DNA from: Dicyema japonicum | Lineage: Eukaryota; Animalia; Dicyemida | Direction: 5' to 3' | Assembly (NCBI GenBank): GCA_011109175.1 | Contig: RDEW01000093.1 | Location: 48,385-88,149, forward strand | Length of the DNA stretch: 39,765 nucleotides | Shown here: positions 22,930-33,212 of the stretch, in pieces | Position numbering within the stretch: the first letter of the stretch is position 1 | How the letters are laid out: each line of letters begins with the position of its first letter | The notes under the pieces: generated by a model | Told to the model about the DNA's origin: nothing | The model's input: only the letters and a program-made list of their open reading frames with translations | Databases searched by the model: none | Program-made: the position numbers and the translations under genes

Positions 22930-25180
22930 TCCTTCCAGAATTGTAACGGTGGTACAGTCACACTTCAACCAGGTGTCTGACTGGCTATCCGTGAATTTGC
23001 TGTTTGTGTCTTCATCCAAGTATCAGTTCACCCTATTTACTACGAACAGGAGATTTAATGGTTGACTTTACATATTCCTCAGAAACATTCCCATTCTTTA
23101 TACGGGAATCCTGAAGCTCCTTGGAGTGATATTCGACTCTCTTATGACGTTCTCCTGTCACCGAGGGTTTTCGAAAATGGAATGTCCTAAAAGCTATCAT
23201 AAATAAGAACCCCTTCTTACCTACAGCTTGTATCAACACACTCTATTTTCAAGTTATTGTGGCGACTATTGTATATGTCTGTTCTGCTTGGAGACTTGCT
23301 CTTCTCTCTTCGAGGGTCGAGCGTATGCACTCTTTCAGGCGAAAGATTACGTGGTATATGTTATCAAACACCATATCCATCCCCAGTCTCCCTTCAGAGG
23401 CGGCGACGTTGAGAAATGGCCATGGCTTGATACGTATCTGCGAACAGCTAGGAAACCCATTCAGAGAAAGGGCCGCCCATGCTGAGGAATTCAAATCGGC
23501 AATAAAAAAGTGCATTTCAATAGAATTAAAGGAGACACTTCAGGAATGCAGATGGATCGCTGGCGGAGCATTCGAAAAGAATTCAAGAGATTTTGGAGGC
23601 TAAGATGACTCAATTAGTGAGTTAATAACTTAGGGATTTTAAATCAAGTTCTTAGCCAAATCTCTCAGTGTGTATGTGGCTGCTTGAATAAAAGATTTTT
23701 TTGTTCCAAAACTTCAAATAAGAAATGCCACTAAGTGAGTCACACGGCAATAACACCATTTAGAAAATAAAAGAATGAACGCCACCAAGACCTCCTATAG
23801 TCTCCTGAATATCCCTTCGGGACGGCAGTCAAACTACTTTCTGGTTCCTTGCCAAAGATACGAGAAGAAACCTTTTTTTAGAGATTTTTCCAGAACTCCA
23901 AAACTAACCACAGGAGAAAGTTTTTTCACACCCGAATTTTGTATGTTTAGAGTTAAGGCTTCCTAAAATAAGACAATTAGAATGCATGTCAAAGAAACCT
24001 TTAATGTAGTCCATACCTAACCGACAACTGTTATTATAAACTGGCTTAATTATGATGGAATAACCAGGCAACCTTGAACGAATTAGAATTAACTCGAAAT
24101 GGAGGCAGAGTGAGGTACCACGGACACGTCTCCAATAGATATTAGCGCCCTAACCTTTATGCTAATAACTCACAAAAGATGGTAAACAGCATACCCGTTA
24201 AAGTTAGCAGTAGCTGTTCCCTTATCTTTGTCTTGTCGATGATTAGGATTTGTACCTCAACAGATCCTAATANGCTCAATTATGATGGAATAACCAGGCA
24301 ACCTTGAACGAATTAAAATTAACTCGAAATTGAGGCAGAGTGAGGTACCACGGACACGTCTCCAATAGATATTAGCGCCCTAACCTTTATGCTAATAACT
24401 CACAAGAGATGGTAAACAGCATACCCGTTAAAGTTAGCAGTAGCTGTTCCCTTATCTTTGTCTTGTCGATGATTAGGATTTGTACCTCAACAGATCCTAA
24501 TAGGCTTTCCAAGGTCTCCCTCTTCATCCAGAAGGATCTACCTTTATCGAAACGATGATGAGTATCATTTCATATCCATCTCCTTCCTGTAGCAAATGAC
24601 AATATCCCTAAGAGTGTTAGAAAAAGTGGGTTTGCACCAAACTGTTGATAGTTCAGGGGCGTCTCATGTACTTGGGTCAAAATACGTCTCCCAGCACTTG
24701 GGTCATGTGCGTCTCTGTTGGACCTATTCGAATCCTTAAGTGGGTTTTTAAGACAATTTTTGTTTTTCAACACGTTTTTATTTTTCTCTTCACAATAGTC
24801 CAGTCAACTGCCTTCCAGAGAAGCGTCTTGAGTTTCATTTTTCTAAGGAGGAACCGCAACTGTCTTTTTCTCCTCCTTTGAGACTTTCTTGTATCCACTC
24901 CAATGTTAACCCGGAAGGCTAAAAAGACTAAGTCGAGAACGATCATCCTAAGCTTTTCCAGACCCCTTGAATCATGCAAAAGTTGCCGAGAGAAAGTTAG
25001 TATTGGCGCAAACGATGGTAAATCCAAGAAGTTCGTGGGACCAACGCCGCTCCCGAGAATCTCCCAGTTTTTGCGAGACTGCGCTTCCAATCTCTTGGTG
25101 ACAGACAGGCCTAAGTGGGAAGTTTTCATTTTATTCTCGGTCACAATCGCTAGTGTAGTACCAACAAATTTTTAAGATAT
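22930..25180 (-). mobile_element. Degenerate 5' part of an APE-type LINE (possible ORF1 remnant + endonuclease + linker)
   Basis: RSFWMKRETLESLLGSVEVQILIIDKTKI and IIIKPVYNNS...FFDMHSNCLILGSLNSKHTKFG fit the EN N-terminus and the GDxNxxH motif. Many stops. The boundaries and the ORF1 assignment are uncertain. Confidence 0.6.
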
Positions 25181-25310
25181 TCATTACACATGTAGCACAC
25201 TAACATTTATAGCGTCTTTTTTTGATCTTTTTTAATTTTTTTGAATTATGCCGAAAATTCTTGTACTTTGCTTCTATTCCATATCTTCATTTCTTAATTA
25301 TCGTCTCAGT

Positions 25311-25456
25311 AATGATCCTTCTGCAGGTTCACCTACAGAAACCTTGTTACGACTTTTACTTCTTTTAAATGAGTAGGCTCGGGTGTCTACTCACACCCTT
25401 TAAAGGGCACAATCCACCAACCTGACCAAATCATTCATCGGTAGTAGTGACCGGCG
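25311..25456 (-). rRNA. Dispersed 146-nt fragment of the 18S rRNA 3' end (pseudogene fragment)
   Basis: Reverse complement reads CGCCGGTCACTACTACCGATGAATG...GAAGTAAAAGTCGTAACAAGGTTTCTGTAGGTGAACCTGCAGAAGGATCATT. Confidence 0.95.
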
Positions 25457-25550
25457 ATCCGCTTCGGCTTGATGAGTGCCGTCATCAGTGAACATTTCAC
25501 TGCGGAACCGGATAGTCTATATAAGACATACACACAAGAAAAAAAACAGA
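25457..25550 (+). mobile_element. 5'-truncated SINE family B copy fused to the 18S fragment
   Basis: GGCTTGATGAGTGCCGTCATCAGTGAACATTTCACTGCGGAACCGGATAGTCTAT...ACACAAGAAAAAAAA aligns with 17105-17186. Confidence 0.75.
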
Positions 25551-26303
25551 GAAGTGATTAGCATTCCTAGAATCTCTTTCATCGATTAGCTATAATAACT
25601 TTTCTTTGCTAAAAATAAAGTGTGTGTTCTGCCTGAGGGGATGTGGCTCCTCGAAAAGTGCACATTTCAAGGCAATAAAAAAATAAAATTCCTTAATTAT
25701 TATGCAGCATTTAATCGACTTGTCTCAGGAGGAACCCAATGACATACAACCATAAAAAAGGATCATTCATTCTTCCCACTATATGAGTCATTTCTTGGAG
25801 TCTTTTTTCAAAAATATGGTTCTGGATTGACTCGTGTGTTTGGAAAGACTTGTTTCTTTAAGATTGTGTAACATATCACAATAAATGACAGTCAAATCGC
25901 AACAGAACGTATTCAAGGATACTCTTTTTGTAAGCGAATGCTTTTCTGTCGTTCTTTAGTCTACCTTTTTCCAGACGACTGTCAATATTATAAAAAACCT
26001 CATTCTATGAGGATAACGGTACGACAAATGCTTAAAATATAAGAATCCATAAATCCTAGTCACCATCGAAAGCTCTGGAGCGAGTGGAATGTTATTGGAG
26101 TTTTCAACAAAATCAGAATGTGATTGGGCTACGACTCACGAGCATATATGGATTCACAGCGCCTGGATATGCGGTAGTACCCACGTCTCTTGGCACTTGG
26201 AACATGATTTGTTAGTGATGACTTTGCCTCTGTTTCCTAACAGATAATATTAAAGCGGCATAGCACTCTCACATTCACAAAAAACAAAAAGTCAATAAAT
26301 TCA

Positions 26304-28032
26304 TTAGCAATCGTTATCCTTTCTAAATTGTAGCAATTCGCCGTTCTTCATCACAAGCATAGCATTCGTCATAAGAGAGGCTATATTATGCTTCAAATAC
26401 ATGTTTTTCCAAAATTTGAGCTTAATGGGAGACACAGTTGGGAGAATAACAGAGGGAGAACAGTCTCGCAGATAAAAGGGATTCCTATACTCGTCCAGTC
26501 TGTCATTCAAGTATGACCACAACGAGACTGTGCGGACTTTAGCCTCTGCAGATTCCATAGCCGATTCAGAGTTAAAAAGAAATGTTCCAAAATGTGCAGA
26601 AAAGCAGTGCTTTAGAATGTCGAGAAGAAAGGCTTCGTTGAATTCAAAGACGTTAGGGAACTGACAAATCAATTGCCACACACAGTCCAGAAATATGGGA
26701 AAATTATAAGATCTCTTTGAATCTGAGTACATAGGGGTTCCGTGACCGTGTAGTATGGCAAAGTTTGAAGAAAAATAAACCCACTCTTTCTCGATTAAGA
26801 CCTCAAATCCAACAATCGTGCGATAGTAAGGATCCAGCATCAGCATGGTTAAGGAAACCAGCACAGGTATTTTGTCCAATCCATCAGAACTGTGAACCAA
26901 TACAGATCGCCATCCATATTTGACAGTTGTAACAATTTTGAAAGCTTCATTCAAGAAGATTGAAACATTCTCAAGCCAGCTGGTCTGATCCACCCTAGAA
27001 AACCAACTATTCTAAATCAATGGAAGAGAAATAGAATTCTAAATATGCGGTCAATCATTACTCTGAGCTTCTTGAAGCTTTCACGCACAATGTGGATATT
27101 GGGAACCGACAGGAATGTCACCTGGCAGTAGGGATAGTTATTGATCGACTCAACGCCACCTCCTTTCGTTCTCTGTGCAGCTGCAGTATTTTTTGAACGA
27201 CAGTCGAAGATCTGTAAATAGTGGGACTGCGTGTTTGCATCTAGTATGGCTTGTATTAACTCCTCATCTTCGGTTGATCTATGCTCACCAACTCCAACGA
27301 GAGGCTGACTGCACCTAAAAGTTTATAATTGCTTCAAACCGTGTTATTACCGATTGATTCCGCGGATTTAGCCAGGAAACTGTCGGAAAACAACCATTCA
27401 ATCTGAATTTAGCAGATTGTCTGAGTTTTTCATCATCAATTTCCACAGGAACAACCAAAATTGATGGGTAGAGCTCACATACGCCAAACCTAAAATAATA
27501 TTAAAAGCTAATACGATTCGTTTATCTGGGAAATACGCCAAATGTCATTGGGAATGTCCAAACGGCGAAGTTCCTTTGCTAAATTGAAGACTTCCCAGCC
27601 ATTTGAGGAGAATTTATCCTCCAAATAGTAAGCCCAAAGGTTGGTAGTGTCATTTACTAGCGGAAATGAGAATTTGGTAAGGAGATCGTAAATATCCTTT
27701 CCCACAGAAGTCTTTGATGCTGACATAAACTTGTAAACACCCGTATCTTTGCACTCCACTACGATTAAAGTAGGTTCATTTGGTTGGTCCCCGGATAATT
27801 CAATGCTTCCGATGAGTCCAAAGGGAATTTCGAATTTAAAAACTTCCTCAATTAGTTCTGATATAAAAAACAATCTGAGATTTGTAAAGGTTAGAGTTCC
27901 AACAAAGCTGCGGATAGGGTGGACATAGACCACATCCTTGAATACGTTTCGTTCTTTCTCGCAGTTGTAGAAAATATCCTCCCCGTATGAATTGACCAGA
28001 CTTTTCGAATGTATTTTTAGTTCCCGAATCAT
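26304..28032 (-). CDS. Myotubularin family protein (MTM1/MTMR1/MTMR2-type: PH-GRAM + phosphatase domain), predicted catalytically inactive
   Basis: GRAM region (DVVYVHP...GTLTFTNLRLFF), then GWEVFN...WRISQINES, VCELYPSILVVP, RCSQPLVG, IFDCRS, KGGGVE, NIHIVRESF, LMLDPYYRTIVGFEVLIEKEW, FLDCVWQL...FEFN and FGTFLFNSE. Introns at 27490-27514 and 27315-27339 (25 nt each), and one at 27012/27039-27061. Confidence 0.93.
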
Positions 28033-28033
28033 T

Positions 28034-28403
28034 AATGCGGATTACCATTATTAATATAGGCACGTAAGCGATGCCAAGATCATGACAAAGCATGTGCAAC
28101 ACGAAAAGTTAAAAATCTGAATAACGTCCCCTATCTTTTTCGATCCGTTGACATGTTCCGTAGCGTATCCTTAGATTTTCATCTAGAATAACCGGCAGTG
28201 TTGTCCTCGGCTGGCCGCGGAAACGAGAAGCTTTTAAGATTACCAACTGAATGCGGATTATTATTATTTAAGCACATCACGAGAGCCATACTAATTATAA
28301 TGTTCCGTAGCGTATCCTTAGATCTTCATCAAGAATAACCGGCAGTTTTGTCCTTGGCTCGCCGCGGAAACGAGAAGCTTTTAATATTACTAACTGAATG
28401 CGG
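28034..28403 (-). mobile_element. Older, 5'-truncated RTE 3' fragment plus a 147-bp tandem duplication
   Basis: FRGQPRTTLPVILDENLR is homologous to the RTE C-terminus. The 11-mer AATGCGGATTA occurs at 28034, 28250 and 28397. Duplicated units start at 28153 and 28300. Confidence 0.7.
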
Positions 28404-29298
28404 ATTATTATTATTTAAGCACATCACGAGAGCCATACTAATTAAAGCCCCGCATGTGCAGCAAAAGAAACTAGGTAAGATGTCATCATTTTCCATGCTC
28501 CCTTGTTCCTAGCCTAGGCTCTCATGCTGTCAAGGTCGTCGTCATTTATTAGATTTTTTTTGATCTTGACCAGGTCTATTTGTAAGACTATTGGCAGTGT
28601 TGTTCTAGGTCTTCCACGATAATGGTCTTCTTGACTAACATAGTATGTTTCCATAGATATGTTCGATGGGGATGTTAATTCCATCCTCAGCAGGTGTCCG
28701 AAGAGCTTCCATCGGGATTCCAGTACTTCTAAGCTGATAGGTCTAGTGCTGCATCTCTTATATAAAGCGTTCTTCGATATTCTCGTAGGCCAAGTAGTTC
28801 CAGTTATTTTTCTATGCTGACCTCTGTGGAACGAGTCTAGTTTTTCCATATCCGATGATGAGGTCGCCCTAGTTCCAGCGTTATATAAAAGTACGGTTTT
28901 TATGAATGAGTTGTATAGTAGGATTCTCATTTTCGTGTCGATGCCTTTTTGATTGAGCCATAAATTATTTAGTTTATATAACGCAGCAATGGCTATAATT
29001 TTCCTACGTAAAATATCATCGCTAACTCCCAAGAGTGAACAGAGTTTCATTACTTGTCGACACTTTTCTTCTAGGACGTTACTCATCCTTCTTATCTCTG
29101 TGAGTTCTGTTTTCTCTCTGTTCACAGTAAGAAACCATTTCTCTAGTACATCTGGTGCTTTTTCTAATAGGTTTTCCAAGACCTCTTTGTCTCTAGAAAT
29201 TAGGTCTACATCGTCCGCGTAGATTACTTCTTCCGTCTTTTCTTGGTATGACGGTCTAAGTTTCCTCATAGCGGCTTCCAAATAAATTGTGAATAGTA
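28404..29298 (-). mobile_element. RTE LINE 3' portion (same family as 7355-10515)
   Basis: The 255-aa ORF contains IYADD...WKLFGHLLRM...YRGRPRTTLP and is highly similar to the 7355-8350 copy. It is cut at the N at 29299. Confidence 0.93.
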
Positions 29299-29600
29299 NC
29301 TGAGTTCTCGATTGTATGATGAGTGTTTTTCAGACATTTTTCTTAACCGTTGTACAGAGAAGAAACGAGGCACGTCACCACCTCACCAAAAAGGACCTCT
29401 TTGTCTTCAGAAATTAGGTCTACATCGTCCGCGTAGATTCGCGTAGATTTGGAGGAATAGTTTTCATAATGTAATCTTCACCAAAGGATTTGATCAGGAA
29501 GAAGGGAGGAAAATCCCTTTCAACTACTGTGTCGTCCCAGAAGGACTCGTCGCCTCACGAATGGGATCTTTGACTTTCACTGAAAATTATATCTTTCGGA

Positions 29601-29970
29601 TTAATTAATTGACCCCGGATACATCAAGAAAGAAGTTAAAGTATTCACTTCTACAGAAAACAGAGTCCATTCGGAAACAACATAAAAGGAAAAAGACGTC
29701 CATTACTTGTAGTTGTGGAAACCCCTCCAGTGGAGTGGGGGAGAGCAAATGATCCTTTTTTGTGCCGGCATGGCACTGTGCGCCACCTAGACAGATGGAT
29801 CACATGACGCCACTTTAATAGGAAGGGAAATGGGAAAAACAAATAAAACAAGCAGAAAAACTTAAACTAATTAGCCACGTATACCACATGGGCCACGCGG
29901 CGAATCACTGGATTCAAACCCACGACCTTCAGATTCGATGCAATCAGACATTACATTAAGCCATAAGGCC
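29601..29970 (-). mobile_element. Full-length SINE family A copy (subfamily A2) with a tRNA-Arg-like head
   Basis: Head 29910-29970 reads GGCCTTATGGCTTAATG...GTCTGATT...TCGAATCTGAAGGTCGTGGGTTTGAATCC (A and B boxes). It is followed by the hairpin, the core at 29749-29811 and an AATT tail. Confidence 0.85.
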
Positions 29971-32900
29971 AACATTATCAAATAGNATGGGAGGAACAAA
30001 TAAAACAAGCAGAAAAACTTAAACCAATTAGCCACGTATACCACATGGGCCACGCGGCGAATCACTGGATTCAAACTCACGACTTTCAGATTCGATGCAA
30101 TCAGACATTACATTAAGCCATAAGGCCAACATTATCAAATAGAAAATAAAATTATTCGTAAGCGAATAAAATTAAATATTTAATTTTTAACAAAAAATTA
30201 TTATATATTGATTTTATTAGAGGAAAGTGCGGTTATCAACTGGATAAGTACCTGTAAATCATTTATTTTTCACATAATTTTCCTTATTTTAGCGAATCTT
30301 TAACCTTCTCCCGAATGCACCGGGTAGTTTCAAACCCCAACGACACACAAAAAGCCACAGTCCTTAACTCCACGTATTGAGGCAAAAGAGCCCCGAAAAA
30401 TGTCGAACAATTTTCGAATACATAATAATATTGTCGAGGTATCTTCTATGACGAATAATACCACTACTTGGATATATTCTGGATCTCATAAAATCTCGTA
30501 GAAACGTTTTTATTTGCTGTTAACAAATATGTTCCCAAAGTGTTCTTTTAGAATTCTTCACTCAGAGATTCCAAGTTATTTCATTTTTACCTCAAAAAGA
30601 GCGTATAAATTGTATTGTTTCTCGGATACTTCCGGTTTACGTTCAATCCTGTCAAAATTTTATTTTTTTCAAATATTCTTAGGTGTTTGAAACAAATAAT
30701 GCTATGTTTATCTCATTCTTTAAATTTCCAACAAGTCCTTCGTTCCCCCTAATCGAAAACAGGACTTTGAGATCGTGACGTTGTTGTAGTTGTCGAATTT
30801 TATTAAAAAGTAATTTTATTCCAAAATTGGTTAACTATCGTAGAACCTGTAAGTCGATCACTAACGACGCATTTAATTATTTAGACGACCGATACGAGCT
30901 TACATGGGCTCGATGAGCAATGGGCCAAGTTGAGGTCACTTTTGAAGCGCTTAGAATCATGTGATTAGTTACTTGCTGAAACTTGAAAACTTTAATATTT
31001 GTTAGCTGCAAAATGACAATTTATTTGCATGCAAAAAAGTCACTTCAATTTGATTTAATTCTACGCGAATTCCGAAAGCAGCACAATCGCTAATAAATTT
31101 TTTCTTTCGTTTTTTAATTCGATTTTCATTGAAGCAAAAAGTCCTAAAAGTGTCATATTTATTATCGAGACGTGAGTATTCTACAATATGACACGGTTTA
31201 TTATTGATTCTACGNTCCATTAAATTTTTTTTCAATCATAGGTGACATGAAAACGTGTACATAATTTCCCTTAGTAACAGCAAAATATCTATTTTGATAA
31301 AAAATGTTTTTTACTTTCCGTTAGGACTAAATGAGATATCAAAAACAAGACAATTTAATCGATGAGTTCTTAGAACACATCTACCAGAACAACTGCAAAG
31401 GTAAAGAACTCCATCTAAGTATTTAATAAAGTAATAACTTTCATCTGCCATGACTAAAATAGCGCCAGATGGACAAAGCGCGAGACTTGTTATATTACAC
31501 GAAGTTTCAATCGGAAAGGTTGATGTCTTGTTGCTAGTAATAAACTATTAAAAAAACTTTTTGAGATCATAACAAGTAATTTTATTACCAACAGGACTTA
31601 AAAGCTTGTTACCGTCAGGAAAAAACAAAATATTTCCAATTCTATATACACATCCGAATAAATTTTCAAACTGAAAATAAGCATATTTATACTTTGTAGT
31701 TAAAATTCATCAAACACACAATACTGCCACACGTGTGATGTTTATTTAAAAAATTAAATTAGATAATTAAGTAAATAATAAATTAAATAAAAAAATCTTT
31801 AAGTCATTTTGTTAAGATAAATTCAATTTTGATCATTTGAACCCTAAATATGACACAAAATATGACAATATGCTGCTACACTATTCTATGGTAGTTGACG
31901 AAATAAATATTTTTATAACCGAACAACGCGTATCTCGAATGGAGGCATTTCCTGTTCTTTAAAATGGTATTTTGCTAATTTTATTAATTAGGACAGAAGT
32001 TATTTTTTGATTTCCGTTCCTAAACGGAGATGCTTCAAGAAGCTTTTTCATGAAAAAGATCTTCACATTTTAAAACTCCAGTCAATAAATTTCTGATCTT
32101 TAGGGGGTAACTTGAACTTTGTTTGATGGGTAGATTTGACATAGGGAGTTTACATATCTGATTTTGTCTTATTTAATGTTGAGATTGAACTACCTCTAAT
32201 TGGCGCCTTTCCAACATTTGACGTAAAAGGTTCACCTCCCATTATAGCGTGTTGTTATTTGGGTTATGATCGTTTGAAAAACCATATTTCACTTTCTATG
32301 TAATAAGTCCAGTTAACGAGGAAAAGCATTTTGATAGATCTGTAGGTTTCGTTTTTTCCTAATCTGATTTTTTTCTTCTTAGTTTTTTAATATAACAAAA
32401 CATGATAGGTTTGAGATTTCGGATGTGAGATATGATCATTGGAGTGAGGTATAAAGTTAACCAAAGTTATCCAAAAAGAATGAAAACATTCTTGCTTGAT
32501 CGTAGTTTGTTTTTAGACAGAATTTGACTTAAACTCTGACCTGTGGCTTGTATCCATCAAGAATAGTCCGTTTTTCCCAATGGTTAAAAGACCACCTCCA
32601 GTCCTTGGGGATTACAATATAGCCTAGGAAGGTGTCTACACGGAGGCGGAAAGCTTAAATAGGCAAACTAACTGTAATTCAACATAAACAATCTACTCAT
32701 TTGCTATTGTACGAGTTATATACCCTCTATGTTTGATGCAAACATTAGAACCATGTCTAGTTAATAAACCATTAATATAAGACATCATTAAAATGTATTG
32801 ATTATTAGTTTTANTAGGAAGGTGTCTACACGGAGGCGGAAAGCTTAAATAGGCAAACTAACTGTAATTCAACATAAATAATCTACTCATCTGCTATTGT

Positions 32901-33212
32901 ACGAGTTGTATACCCTCTGCATGTTTGATGCAAACATTAGAACCATGTCTAGTTAATAAACCATTAATATAAGACATCATTAAAATGTATTGATTATTAG
33001 TTTTAATAATTGAATAAAAATAATTCGAATAGATAATTAACTAAATATGAAAAGGCAATGTTTTTAATCGATACGTTTATTTAATTAGCCATGTTATTTT
33101 ATTATAGATATTTGTACTAGGATTGCTTGTTTATAAATTTAAATATTTTTTCATGTATATTTTTTATATTTAGCAATTTCATAGTTTGTCAAATTCATTA
33201 AATTCAATTTTC

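Noticed and set aside
24044-24502. 229-bp direct duplication centred on a single N (24273)
   Set aside because: Near-identical copies with a few SNPs on either side of a 1-N join are typical of overlapping haplotype contig ends. Treated as an assembly artefact.
25440-25515. Hammerhead-like three-way junction on the minus strand (CTGATGA-C-GGC...GCC-GAA-GCGGA)
   Set aside because: It is antisense to the SINE and has G-C in place of the essential A15.1-U16.1 pair plus extra junction nucleotides. The core is not kept in the second copy (TTGATGA...GCC-AAA). An alternative TGATGA/TCATCA hairpin explains the motif.
4862-27061. Possible stop-codon reassignment (in-frame TAA/TAG in caspase, myotubularin and the 5-kb region)
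   Set aside because: PIH1D2 and RPTP end on TAA at the expected positions, Gln is encoded by CAA/CAG, and long stretches read cleanly in the standard code once micro-introns are removed.
29350-29366. TACAGAGAAGA resembling the U6 ACAGAGA box
   Set aside because: Only an 11-nt match with no flanking U6 sequence.
29830-30142. Duplicated SINE A head around the single N at 29986
   Set aside because: Same contig-overlap signature; not counted as an extra SINE copy.
30300-32640. Scattered protein-like stretches on the minus strand (e.g. DTFLGYIVIPK, MGGEPFTS, MPPFEIRVV)
   Set aside because: Interrupted by many stops and not assignable to any family by eye.
32625-33005. ~190-bp duplication around the single N at 32814
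   Set aside because: Same artefact pattern, with allelic-level differences between copies.
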